A program made the translations under genes and the position numbers. A DNA stretch of 63,987 nucleotides, filler included, from Basidiobolus ranarum (lineage: Eukaryota): NCBI GenBank assembly GCA_040143965.1. It is 3 parts of 3 records of this genome, joined end to end, with 100 filler letters (N's around TTAATTAATTAA, not from the genome) between each part and the next. Parts side by side here need not be neighbours in the genome. Positions count along the whole stretch, not along the records: positions 43,420 to 63,987 come from JASJQH010000225.1; 2 more parts are not named here. One strand, written 5' to 3'. The notes under the pieces are model-generated. The model was not told the origin of the DNA, ran no database searches, and saw nothing but the letters and a program-made list of their open reading frames with translations. Every line of letters begins with the position of its first letter. Position 1 is the first letter of the stretch. Below, one piece after another: positions 51,153 through 63,987 of the stretch.

Positions 51153-54100
51153 CTAAGTCTCGGAGTGACCATTAGACCGATATCTCCACTCTTCAAGAAT
51201 ATCCTGATGAGGACGTGTCAGTGACCAACTATCTTCATAACTGAACTTGCGTTTCTGGGGTGTTTTACCAGTAGACAGATCAACCTTAATCTCTTCGTTC
51301 ATCAGGCGATCAACAGTACTCTTAGTGTGAGATAGGTGCTCATCGGCTGAATTGTGGAATGTGCTAACGGTGTCGGTGATCGTCGAATAGCAGCCAATCA
51401 TCTCATTCTTATATCCTGACATACTACTCTCCATCTCAATGTCAAGGGATTTAGAGGAGGTGAGTTTCTGTGCCATGCTGGAGCGAAGGTTTTGTGATGC
51501 TTTGATGTGGCTGTTATAGTGTTTATGAGATAGATCCAGTAGCTCATGATTAGCTGCTTCAACCTTCTTAAGTTTCTGTTCCACAACTTTCTCAGAGTTC
51601 CCTACATGAGCACTCAACTGAGATTGGGTATTATCAGCCAGTGCGGTATTGTTGTTGAAGCTGGCCTCAATCTGCCTTGATCCCATCACGACTTGATCAA
51701 GTATTCGTTGCGTCGACGAGACCAGTCCAGTGATGAACTTCGAGTTCTCTGAAGAAGCCTTAGCGGACGTGGAGTGTATAGGTGATTTGAGGTTTTCAAG
51801 AGATGCAACATTCTTTGTCAATGAAGCCTTTAGTTGGCTAGCAGTGGATTGGAAGTTTTGACGTCTTTTGGAACTATAACCATCAACCAGTCTTGCTACA
51901 TCGGTAAGCAGTTGGGTTTTAGCATTGGTATTTTTCTCTCTTTCAAGTTTGAGGGCGGCAGAGAGTTCTTCGTTTTGCTTACGTAGTTTTTCGATCTCTT
52001 GCTCAGCTTCAGTTTGAACAGTTTGCGCCATTGATGTGATTAGCATACTTTGTTTCGCCATCTGGGATTTGGAATCATTTACCAATTTGTGAAAACTCGT
52101 TTCCATTTTCTCTTGCCAGACTCTAAAACCATTGTGATACTTTAGCAGTTCCTGACGGAACGTTTCGAATAAGCCGCTTCCTACTTGTTGTATTGTAGCA
52201 GTCTCTTTACGAAGTGCTGATGCTATGGCGTCATGAGAGTTAGCAACCTGCTGATAGTGAGCGCTTGCGTCAGTTTCAAATTTTTGAAGCTCACTCTCAA
52301 TTTTCGAGTTTCGCTGTGAGACCTTCAGGCAAATCCCATCAACAAGTGTTTCCTGTTCTACCAAGTCATTGAGCTTCTGTGTAATAAATTCGTGTAGATG
52401 GTTGACACAAGAGTCAACAAAGTCATCCTGAGTGTTCTTGAATTCATCGACCTCAGCTTCAAGATTTTCTGCTTGTGAGGTAAGTGATTGCTGAAATTCT
52501 TTAAATAAACGTCTATTCTCCATCTCAATAGCGCTTTTACGATCAATCTTTGCATGCAAATGCTGTGAGTCTTCAAGACTTCTCTTGAGAGTAGAGACCA
52601 AGCCGTTGGCCAAGGAGTTAAGCATTACTTCAGTTTCAGTATGAGCTTGTGTAAGTATTTTTTGTTCTTCCAGAGTTTGCTTCGTGACCTCAAGATCTTG
52701 AGATGTCTCTTGAAGAGTCTCGGAGGTAGATTCCAACTTCTTTTCCGTGGAGGCGAGACGTTCAGAGGTACTGGTTAAGAGATCCAATTTTTGTTTAAAC
52801 TCGATTGTGACCTGGTTTAGTTGTTCCTGAATGGTTTCCATGCTCTTATTCAGTTGGCTTATAAGATCTTGATTACTTTGATTTTCATCCATAAGGGTCT
52901 GATAGTTTTCGGAAGTTAGGTACACTCCGTTTTTCCCACGAGAAGCCTTTAAAAACATGGTGAGCAATGGTTAAAGAAAGATGCATTATACTTATTTACT
53001 CACCATAAGATCGGATTTAAGCCTTTCGATTTCGTCCACATACTCTTTGATAAGGGCTTTCTTGGTGAGTTTTTGGTTGACCTCAGGCTTATTACGGATA
53101 CTTTTGGCACTACTAGCATAATCAAGGGTGCTTTGAGTTTCCTCAAAATTGATTCTTGCGGGAGAGACAGTGGCAATGATACAGGTTTTTGTTCTGCCAC
53201 CGAGAGAATCTTGAAGCAGACGAGTAAGTTTACTCTCTCTATATGGAATGTGCGGTGATCTCTCTACTAGTGAATTGATCACTCTTCCAAGGGTAAGTAA
53301 ACTTTGATTGATCATGCCAGCTTCTCGGGCTCTCTTATTTTCGGCCCCTGAACGACCAATGTTTTCGGACCCAGCCAAATCGACAAGATTAAGCTTACCG
53401 ACTTTCAGAAGGTCTTCGCCGCTTGGTGTGGATTCTTTGATATGTACAGTGATGGAAAAAACACTATGGGAACGACTAGATTTATCGTTACATTTAGTTG
53501 CCGCCATTTTTCGTCTCAACGAACCTTTTTGAAGTAATTGAATACCATCCATAGCATTATTTACCAGGAACTCCTCCAATCCACGAATAACAACCGAACC
53601 TTTTCTGGCTACATCGAAGATTTGAAGCCTTTTTGAATTGTCATCAGAGGCTAATAAATCCTTTAATTCTTCGTTGTAAAGTTCGATAAACGAAAGACGA
53701 ACAGAATATTCGGCGGTTTCGGATTCTAATCTTTCAAATAATCTGTGAAGAGTTCGAGGAATTATACCAGCATCTCTAGAAAATGAATTGTTCACTTTTT
53801 CCAGGTTTCCTTCCATAGTGTAGGTTTTACCAGTACCAGTTTGACCGTAAGCGAATATTGTACAATTGTATCTAAAATGACTCATTAGATACAGAGATTT
53901 ATGTTTGAAATAAAATGCGACTTTACCCCATTATCACCTAATCAGTGAAGATGAATTCAAACGAAATGAAATGCTATACTTGAGTAAGGATTCAACACAA
54001 AGGTGTACACATAAAATTCAAATGAATACCTCTTCTAAGAAAGACTTGACAACGTTGTTATAAATATGTTCTTGTGTAGCATCAGGGCCAAATACTTTAT

Positions 54101-54454
54101 CAAAAGTATACGTTCTTGCGGTCTTCTCATATGGACCCGCTTTCAACGAAATCTCTGAGCCAATTAAGTTATTACTATGAACCGCAGAAGGAGAATTTTC
54201 GCGTAATTCTCTATCATTACGACCACTGCAAATACCAGGATTTAGTTTGGCTGTGAATAGTGAGAGCAGAAATAGAGCACTTACCGGCATCGAACAACAA
54301 CTTGAATATTACTTTCTTTCTCTACAGCTTGATATTTTGCTTCGTTCATGACTCTACGTCTTTGTACTTCAACAGGCCGACGCCCACTGGAAGGCTCAAC
54401 CAAACGTCGCGTTGAAGTGGATGAAGGCTCACCTGGATGAGATATATGTGACAT
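51153..54454 (-). CDS. bimC: Kinesin-5 (BimC/Eg5) spindle motor, 5 exons
   Basis: [56 protein letters not shown], coiled-coil stalk, BimC box TGKTPQKR. Confidence 0.95.
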
Positions 54455-55117
54455 ATTTTGGATTTTCTGTAAGAGTGGTAACAGAAATCTCTAAGGGGAA
54501 ACCAAGTGTTGAAAAGCAAGACAATAAAGAGATAGTCAACGAAAATAGTTTGGTTGTTACCAAACAAAAACGGAAGGTTTTAACATCAGTCACACTAAAA
54601 TCTTTAACTTTGTTTCTATGTTGAGAATGTCAACAAATCAATGAATGGACGAATCAATATTCGAAATTCAATCTTTTAACCTTACTGATGTTGGTAAACA
54701 AAACAAACCTTCGTTATCCTTACATCCAATCATATCAGAAAATAGTCCGTATATATAGCCAGTGTCATGCATGGTGTATCTATTCAACTAGGTCATATCC
54801 AGAGATTGACTATTATTTTAGACAAATTGCTATCTATAACCAACATCCGCCTAATTTACACTGGAATATCCTAATCCAACTCCAAGTCACTTTAACGAGC
54901 AGGCATGTGACTCCATCAATCTAATACTTTATACGTCATGACTTTAAGGATGTGAGGTATGAGTGACTTCGAGAATTGCCTAATGAGTATGAAGAACAAC
55001 CTATAAATCCATTATTTGGTATTCTATTCTCATATATTTCAAACATCCTTGTCTTCTAAGCTGACTCCTCATACTTTCTTCTATACACTCTTCTCTCTTT
55101 CACTGATAACTCTGAGT

Positions 55118-55584
55118 ATGTCTGATATTAAACAAATGGGTGAAGAGTTTCAGGCTTTGCGTTCCATTCCTAGTCACTTTAGTGGTGCAGGTGAATGGAT
55201 CCCTGAAGTCGACTCCTTTGGCGGTAAAAAACATGAACTACTCAAGGTAAATTATTGTGTAATCAATCCACTTAATCCCACACACTAAAGTAATAATCCT
55301 AGTCTCTACAAGAAACCTTTGGTAAAGCTGGAACACCAGCCACCGAGGTTATTTTAAACTTAGGAAAACCTGACGAATTATCTCCCACACTCAATCTTCA
55401 GGAAGGTATTTCTCCCTTGACCATGCCAGGGCCCGCCCTTTCTGAAAGTACCAAACCCGCCACCTCCAACTCTAGTTATTATCTGATCTATCACTGGAGA
55501 GGTAGACATGATTATGCTTACTTTAAAGTGGATGCCGAAGAAGAAAAGATTATTGAATCTGGTTGGTACAATGCCTTGGAATAG
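55118..55584 (+). CDS. Conserved hypothetical protein (136 aa), 2 exons
   Basis: Exons 55118-55246 and 55303-55584 (GT-AG intron): MSDIKQMGEEFQALRSIPSHFSGAGEWIPEVDSFGGKKHELLK...LGKPDE...YYLIYHWRGRHDYAYFKVD...IIESGWYNALE*. Confidence 0.85.
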
Positions 55585-58572
55585 TGTTTCTTTATCTCGT
55601 CTGAAAAGGCATATATACATATATTTCTGTTAGTTCAATGCTTTTGATTCATTTCGGAGTTTGCCATCGTTCTGAATGAAATAAAAACCTATGATATTCG
55701 CAAACGTATGAGCTCAAGTCAATATGTATTGCTTTAAATTTCAAATATTGAAGTTAAAAAAACCCACTTGCTTTTCTCTGTTACAGTTACGTTCAATTGT
55801 AATATTAAGGTTGTATTGGCCAAGTTCAATTTTTCTCCAAATATCTATTTACTCACACTAACAGAGCCATGAATTTTTAAATTGTTTGCTGAGCTCTTTA
55901 ATCTTACCATTCATGTTCATCTAAGATCTAACTCTTAAACCAAAGAAAGTAGCAAGGTGTCACTCTATTGAATGGTCTTTGCGGCTATATCAGCCCGTTC
56001 TATTCAAATGTATGACAAACCTAGATTATGTCAATATGATAAAGAACCAGGGAGTGAGATCAGAGATGGTTAGGCAAGTCAAGATCTAGCATGAAGCTAC
56101 GGTGTATTTCTGTATTAAGAATGTAAATGTAATTGATGCTTATTAGTTGAGTAATTGAACTCAAAATTAGAGCATAAATATCGGCCTTCATACGAAATTT
56201 TATATAATGAAAAACCAGAGATATCCGAAATATAACTATTTCAACTCTGGGTTTTCCTATATAGAAACTGTTCTAGAGTTGAAGGTTCATTTTTTCAATA
56301 GTAATCTATGTCAAGTATCTGGGTTACCGGTTCTTAGAGTCCGCCATTGGCTTGGCTTAAGGATGTTCCAGAAGCCAGGGAAGCTGCTTTATGAGCTTTC
56401 AGCTTTTTCAAAACATTTGCCCTCTCAACATTTCTATACAATTAAAATACCAATTTGATATGCCATCTGCGCATGAAAGAAATTATATATGAATCAATAA
56501 TTCTATTCTCTTAACATTGACTTTTTTTCTAGCAATTCCCAAGTTGCTCGACTAGCCGAGCGGTAATATAATCATAGAGAAACACTTGAGGAAAGGTTGA
56601 TTTAGTGTCAATATGATGCTATGTCGCTGAATCTTCAATACACTATAGTATCCCCTAATTATCCTTCGGTTGATGTGCATTCGCATTAATAGCTTTGGTC
56701 TCAAGGTCTAAAGGTATTTAGATTCTATATGGTAGTTAATAATACTATCTATGGAATATGGATTGAATGGACCTGTACATGTATTAGGATAAAAAGAATA
56801 AGGCTGTGGCTATGTTGTACCAGTTTGCTGGAAATTTTGATTTCGCCTATACATATTACAACACAGACTTTGTTGTCTAATTACAAGAGTTATGATTGTG
56901 ATTGTATCTACTTTAATGAGCGTGGTACTGAATTGACTGAAGTAAATGATAATGCTGCCATTGTAGAACAGACACTAGATCTATTACTGCGTAGAGATAA
57001 CGCCTGAGACTCAGTGCGGCAGCCCTGTAGTCATCCACTATATATTAAACAAACATCAATTGATTATAGTTAAGAAACATTGATATAAACTAATATCAGT
57101 TACCAATCAATTAATTGGTACCATTGAGAAGGTAAAATTTGGGGTTGGGCGGTGACTGGGTATTGGTAAATCGTTAACATTGGACGTGTGCAAGGATGTG
57201 TTCGGCGGAGGCTCTGATAACTAGTGAAATCCAAACGAATATCCCAGCCATATCAATTACCGAAACGGTTAATTGTCGCTTGTTAAGGGTAAAAACTAAC
57301 CTAAGCATCATGAGGCACAGAAGCCCTGTGACTGAGTCTACGATAGGGTTACAAGGTGGTAAATAAAACTCCAATTACATGAGTTTACACGTACAGAATG
57401 ACTACTAGGTCTAGAATAGCCTTGCAATGGAATTTATGTCAATTGTATACTGGTAGTTTCGTCTCTTCTGGTTTAGTGAATCAGATACTAATAAATTGAA
57501 CTCTAAATAAATTTCTACAGTTTATTGTGCACATTCTTTTGAACAGATACTCGTTGCCCACGACCTACGAGAACCTAAAGTTGTAACTGCATTTTAATCC
57601 AAAGATAAGGATAGGCTGGCTACCTACTTCACACAATGTAAATCATGGCATTCTGGAGCAGCTAGGGTAATTCCCTCAACCAACTGATAGGATGTGGAGA
57701 GCTTTCTTTAATTGGACGTATATTTCATTTAAACTACAAAAAATTAGAAAATGAGTTCAATTGGATAGCCAAGGAATTATCCTAGATAGAACTTGAGATG
57801 ACGTTATATGCAAGGGTTCCTGTGGTGGCATTTATGTTTAGTGTTGTCGCATTTCCACTAGATACATAGACGATGGTTGGAAAACAACTTTCTGTACTTT
57901 GTATAGTATGGAGATACAGTATCTCGACAAGAATATTTCAGTTACCGGTGAGAATGAAGGTTGATACCATAAAAATGAGCTTTGTATCTCTTCTTCCAAG
58001 TACCCTGTAGATGAAGTCGCTCGATACTGAGGTGAAATCTGGAACAATTGGCGACAACCAAATTGTGATCTTGCTGGATGGCGATTTGATCAATTTTGCC
58101 CAGAGAATAGTTCCGGGCCTATGGAAGTATCTATCTCTCGTAATTTCATTTGTGCCTCCAATGAGCGCCTTTAGAGTCTGGAGATAGTAGTTGGTGAAAA
58201 CCCCCACTAGCAGATATGGGATTCTATCTGCATGTCATCCTGTTTTTCTTCCTTCTTTAGATACAAATACTTGCGTCCCAATCTGGCAATATAGTCATCT
58301 GCATGTCAAAATGATACCAAAATCGCATATACCAGGGTGCAATCTATCTATACAATATCCAAAATGATCTAAATAGTGTTAATACTATGAATATTTCCAA
58401 GCCAAACCATTGGATAGACGTGAAGTGTGACTTTTCAATCCTCTCGCAAAGCTTAGAGATGCAAAAGAACACGTCCGCTCACATAGTTTTGCAAACCTAT
58501 ATAACGGAATACATCCAATATCATTTTCCCTGCAACTCTCCATCATTACTCTTCTTCGACTGATATTGATCC

Positions 58573-58866
58573 ATGCGCTCGACTATGTTTGTGTCAATCA
58601 TTTTATCCCTTAGTTTGGTTACTATTGCTGATCCATTTCCTGTTAACGATCATGCAAGCGACATTACCCCAAGAGTGCCTCACCCAGCAGTTGGGACTTT
58701 GGCTTCCTGGAGACAGAAGATGGGAAACGCAGTTGATTACAAACCGGGCGACGAGTATGAAGAGAGTGAGTTTGAAGGATACGCTGACAGTTACGCTTAT
58801 CTTTTACCAGAGGCCCAATATTCGTATGATGCTGATGAAGACGAAGATATTGAGGATGACAGCTGA
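58573..58866 (+). CDS. Small secreted acidic protein (97 aa)
   Basis: TATATAA ~75 nt upstream; signal peptide MRSTMFVSIILSLSLVTIA; D/E/Y-rich C-terminus. Confidence 0.6.
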   Translation: MRSTMFVSIILSLSLVTIADPFPVNDHASDITPRVPHPAVGTLASWRQKMGNAVDYKPGDEYEESEFEGYADSYAYLLPEAQYSYDADEDEDIEDDS

Positions 58867-59736
58867 TTCATGTGGCACCCGGGCTTCATTCGTAGTCAAG
58901 AAAACGGTGGGCGATGACACTTGTACATTATTAGCACCCCCTTTGACCTTAACTGAATTAACCCAGGAATACCAAATATAGAGTACACATCTCTTGCCCT
59001 ACTTGTAGTTATTCCAGAAACATCAGTAATAAAATTTGTATCATTTGAGGATATGGCAGTGCTGCTTGTTGTAAATATGGATTGTCTCTATCCAATCCTA
59101 GTGGTAGTTACTGATTCGGTGGGATTTGGCTTGTATCGGAACATCAGTATCAGATAGTTCGTCCATTACAGCTTGGTAAATACTCGTCACCGAGATGGCA
59201 ATGAATAATTTCTAGGAGCATTTGTACTAGAAGATGATTGGATCATAAAGTGTTGGGATAGTGGCGTACGGTAAGGCCGTCTTGTACATGTAACAAATCC
59301 CCATACTAATCAGCTATCCTTGTGACTGGAGCTCAAAATCAACGGATAACCAGTGATTTACCGGATGAACAGTTGACCGTCGGTGAGTCCAATTTTTGGC
59401 CTCAAGTTACTAATAATCTTACTCACCTTTGAATTTTCAATGACATTAGAAGGAATATCGGGATATCCACGCAGTCTCCCGGTTTTGCACGAAGCCTACT
59501 ATGCTTGAGCATTCAGAAGTTATGATTCACGGATTTCTCTTGAGAACCAATTCTCGTGACTTTTGATTGGCTGCATATCTCTACCGTGGGTCTTGCACAT
59601 CAGCTATTCTTTGGAGTGAGAATGAGAGTAATTTTATTAACATCAAGGCCTTCAAAGTAAGAAAATAGCAACAATGATGGACTGTTGAAGATATCGATTA
59701 AAGTAGGTGATGTATTTGCTTGTCACAGCAGGTCAT

Positions 59737-60066
59737 CTACATCAGGTAATATCCGATGAGGGCAACAGACAAATACCCTACCCTTATGTTGTGTTCACCG
59801 TTGGCTAAAGAAACTTTACCATCTGCACCTGTTGGCTTGGGTCCGAAGACATTGGATGGAGCCTGAGTAGTAGGAGAATTGATTCCTGAGGTCGCCGACC
59901 CCCAAATTGAGTGAATTTTACTTGGCACTTGGCCAAGGTCTGATCCGATTGAAGAGAAAAACGACCCAGAACCACTCGGTTTACAAGTGCTGCTTGGATC
60001 GCTACACTGTTGGAAGCTCAAAGCGAATAGCTGTTGCAAAACGATGACAAATAGTAATAGCTTCAT
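59737..60066 (-). CDS. Small S/T/G/P-rich secreted, probably GPI-anchored protein (109 aa)
   Basis: Signal peptide MKLLLFVIVLQQLFALS, one Cys pair, low-complexity body, small residues ANG then hydrophobic tail VGYLSVALIGYYLM; TATAAAA ~50 nt upstream. Confidence 0.6.
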   Translation of the reverse strand: MKLLLFVIVLQQLFALSFQQCSDPSSTCKPSGSGSFFSSIGSDLGQVPSKIHSIWGSATSGINSPTTQAPSNVFGPKPTGADGKVSLANGEHNIRVGYLSVALIGYYLM

Positions 60067-63000
60067 GGTCCCTGTGATGTTTCTAACTAACATTGTCACA
60101 GGAAGTATTGCCATTTTATAGAGAAAGCAGTCAATAAATCAGTACAAGCAGTCAATCCCAAGTAAATGACACCAATGCTACGTCGATGATTAAGCTGACT
60201 GTATTAAAGCGGCTGGTTAACCATTTACTAGTCTCTATATACACTTGAGACATTGTTTTTCCTGGAGATTAGTGATGTCGAATTCGCTTGCATTAATGTT
60301 GGAAGCTGGACATAATTTGCATCAACAAGGTTTCGTTTATTTGAGCTGGTTCATAAGACATTCGTATAAAATTGTATGTACCCACCTATCTAGCACGAAT
60401 CTGATGGGCCTCATTTGCATGAAGATGTGTCCTACACCAATCACCAAGCACTAAGGGAGTGCCCCTAGATGCTATACCGATATTTAGTAAAATGTGTAAC
60501 TACCGAGAACGTTGTAGAATTTTTCACAAAAGCTACATCATGAGAAACAAAAGTTGATACTGAAGCATCGGGACCAGATGCATTTTGACGAGTAATTTTA
60601 TCAGCTCATACGACATAGTAAACGATGATTAGACTTCAGGAGGATATTCTCAGAGCTATCCGATCCTGTGTGAATAACCGAGGGCAACATGGTCCAGTAA
60701 AAAATCTCCAGAATCCACACCGCATCTTTAAAGCGAAAATTCATCGAATCGTTCTTGAGAACAAGATTCGGATTTCAAATAGAGTTCATCCACATTATTC
60801 ATTTCTATTGTGTGACACGTATTTTGCATCATCGGTCCCTATACGTTCTTATCACTGGGAGAGTTCAGGGTCAGGATACGTATGGAACAAGAAGCCAACA
60901 ATCAAAAACTTTATCCCAGATGAGGTGCAAATATTAGCCAAGTCCCAGTATTAATCTGGTGGGCTCACCTACTCTATGATCAAGCACATGACGAGGACTC
61001 TGGTTAGCCTGTTGAAAACGCCACTACGTCGACCACCACAATTATCATGATACAGATTATGATTTTCATACACTAATCGAATGATTAGCGTTAGAGTTTT
61101 AGTTAAATTTGATGTTCTACACATATATATGCAAGAGAATATGAGTTGTGTGTGCTTGATTAGAATGTAATTAATTCACAAGCCTCCCAAGATATTGAGA
61201 TATCTATTAGAAAATGGCATTAGTTTGAATCTCTTCCTGTCCTCAGTTATTCACATTACCAATGGCAAGTGATAAATTTACAGTTGAAAGATTAATGTCT
61301 CAGTGTCCTAGAACTCTCCAGGCCCTTTATCAGGGCAAAAGAAACATCAACGTGTGGATATGAGCCCTTACAAATACCGATAATCCTGGCTTCATGAATT
61401 TGTGATACAGTTCTTTAAAAGCTGGCCTTAACGAAACAAACAACTAACTGAAGAAGATCTCGCCCAGTCAGCGCTGCAGCATTATCAATTTTTCTACAGC
61501 TTGCAGGGTTTTACCTCCAGTGTCTACATCAGCAGTTAATTGCTCTCATGTGAGTATATATATCTCTTTACTCTGCTAGAGAGAAGTTGTACGCAAAACT
61601 TTAAAACTGCCCTTACTTCAAACAGTTCAATGTATAAAGTTAAAGGTATTGGAAATTCTTAGGTCAGCTCTCCAGGCATTTAAACGATCATCAAATTGGT
61701 CATTAATTGGATATTGATAAGCTGTTCATATGTAGTTTCTTTGCAAAATATAAGGGCGAAATTAGAGCATATATCAACATACCTTGATAACACGTGAAAT
61801 CCATAGAACTTCACACATGGCTAATATTAGTGCTAGATTTTTATCGTAGTGTTGCTAGAGACATCTAAATAGTATATAGCATATAAAATTGGGATCTATC
61901 TTATGTTGTTAGTATTTGAGATTAATTCCAAGTGTTTAGGATAAATAGACGAAATGACATTTGCACTTGATTTACTGAATTGAAAATAAGAACTTATTCA
62001 TATGTTGGAAATGAAAAAAAAACAGGAATGTTGTGTTTCTAGGGTACTAGGGAAGTAGGACGAGTTTGAAAATGTTGCTTTTCTCAACATTTCTGAGATC
62101 TATCCAAAATGAATGTTTTGATTTTGACTTGCGAAATATATTCAGTGAATAAACATTAAATATGTTAAACATGGCATACGAATATTTAGATGCTCAACTC
62201 TAATGTCTGTGGTCACTATGTGTACCTAGAAAGCCATTTTCAAGATATGCACACAAGGTTCAGCAAGATCGTACTGAGTCACCCATATCATCAACCGCTA
62301 CCTCCAAGCTTGACAGTCCTTGTAGTTGTGGCATAATTGTAGTCTTCTGCAAATAGCATTAATCATTTGACCATACTAAAATTCAACTTGATGAGACTAA
62401 GAACTATTCTATAACTTTTTTAGTTGCCCTTCATTTGATTCTACAAGATTTAGAAATCTCCTCCTTCACCTATTCTAGAATTATTTGCCTTGGAGATATT
62501 CAATATGCTTGCTTCTTTTCTAATCAATCATTCATCCAAAGGTTCTAAATTTCTGATGAGCTGCAATATAATGCACATCTTACCACAGAAAAATATCTAT
62601 TGTATATAATCATGCGATAAGAATTTGATGCCACAGTTGGAAAATAAGAGAGCAGGTTACATTTAATATATGGCATGCTTCAACACCCGGTTCTGGTGGT
62701 ATTCCTATCTAATGAGTGGCAATTCTTAATGTTACTTTGCAACTCCAGTCAGAGCGGCAATATACTTATGAACCTCTTCTTAATTGTATTTGAACTAACT
62801 CAATCTTGCTCAATATCGAGATTTTAACGGTTTAAATTGATAGGAGTGAATCAGAAATCTTGAAATGCGTTGAGCAGTAAAAATAACCAATGATTTTTTC
62901 TTCCTCTTGATCAAAAAACTAGGTAGGAAGTGGCATTTGGTTGGCAGACAGATGTATCACCACCAACTAAGCAACCGATACCGGGAAGTTTGATAGGTTC

Positions 63001-63987
63001 CTTCATTAAGTGTAAATAGGAAGGCTACTATATACATAAGAGTGAGGATAAATCTCGTGATTTCTCAATTGAGCTACTGTTCAGTCATATGGTGTAAAAC
63101 CATCAACCAGTTGAAGAACCTGGTGTTTTTTGAATACCGTCATGCCTAGCCCAATTGTGTGCTGGAAATAACTATGGTATACTTTAAAGGATATCAAGGG
63201 AGTTGGTCACTTTTGGCGGACAGCCTTAAACCCTAAAGACGCACCTTGCAATTTGAAATTATCTTAATGACTTGCTGGAATCGATGAATCAGCTACACAT
63301 ATTCTGGCATATAATACGGATAAAAATGTTTACACACAATGAAGCAAAGAGCCAATCAAAAATCTTGGCAAGAACCTTACTTTCGCAGTGTAGTTTCGCG
63401 TGCACAGGAGGGGTTTCCTACCAACTCTTTTGCACAGGTCAATCAAACTTGGTTAGGATTGATATAGAGATTATGTATTAGGTTGATTCAGACGAAGAAC
63501 AATGTTTGGAGAGAAACGATTCAACCATAAGCGGATGTTATTTTGAATGGAAAGAAACCACAAGCATGACACGTACCAACTGACACGTTATCGGCCAGGA
63601 TTACTGAGGGGGTACATGGGGTTCTCATCTGTACAATGGATCAGAGAAAAAAGGGGGGCTAGTTAGGGCTGTGGATTCGACAGTGTTCTGGAATACACGG
63701 AATCCCATCTCCTTGACTCCTTGTATCTCTCCGGAACTAAATATAGCTAATGTAATATAAGTAATCTAGGCACGCCCATTTGATTCGATATATTGAGAGC
63801 TTGCAGGAAGACAAGCCAACAAATCTACACATGCTCAAGTCAGAAATAATCGAACTATTTTTAGAGGGCAGCGTGGATCATGATCAGAGGTAGTTCTAAT
63901 TTCGGAATATTGACTTTAGCGCTGCGCCAGGAATGGCTTCTTTCGAAGAAATAAGCCATATATGTCGCGATCTTTGTTCCTCAATGA

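Noticed and set aside
52950-53002. U12-like branch sequence TTCTTTAAC in a kinesin-5 intron
   Set aside because: Donor is GTGAGT, a standard U2 site
56546-56564. tRNA-like 5' segment GCTCGACTAGCCGAGCGGT
   Set aside because: A-box-like only; no anticodon arm, GTTCRA B-box or acceptor-stem partner
60200-63987. Short ORFs in the terminal 3.8 kb (e.g. 60625-60954, 63272-63481)
   Set aside because: No recognisable motifs, splice structure or codon bias; may be decayed sequence but cannot be supported

Overview
AT-rich, intron-dense eukaryotic DNA from an early-diverging fungus (gene content and ~50-80 nt introns suggest a zygomycete-grade lineage such as Basidiobolus; this is inference). The window is three contigs joined by two 100-nt N/TTAATTAATTAA linkers (21615-21714, 43320-43419), so adjacency across them is unproven. 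Housekeeping genes: BiP/KAR2 (5' part), beta-COP, HBS1, a 5-MBD Cu-ATPase, an ARID/SWI1-like gene, pyruvate kinase plus a tandem second copy, a Mn-type CDF transporter, thioredoxin reductase, RBM25, BRX1, a penta-EF-hand protein and kinesin-5. Accessory genes: a GPCR-like gene, two secreted lipolytic enzymes, a FAM72-like gene and several small orphan or secreted proteins. The best observations missed by the ORF track are: a 71-nt AT-AC (U12-type) intron in HBS1, implying a working minor spliceosome; a spliced secreted protein with two tandem defensin-like cysteine motifs; a FAM72 homologue; a small protein resembling an uncharacterised bacterial family; and candidate unproductive splice sites in RBM25. 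No gene could be confidently called after ~60.1 kb. All family assignments are from motif recognition, not database searches.
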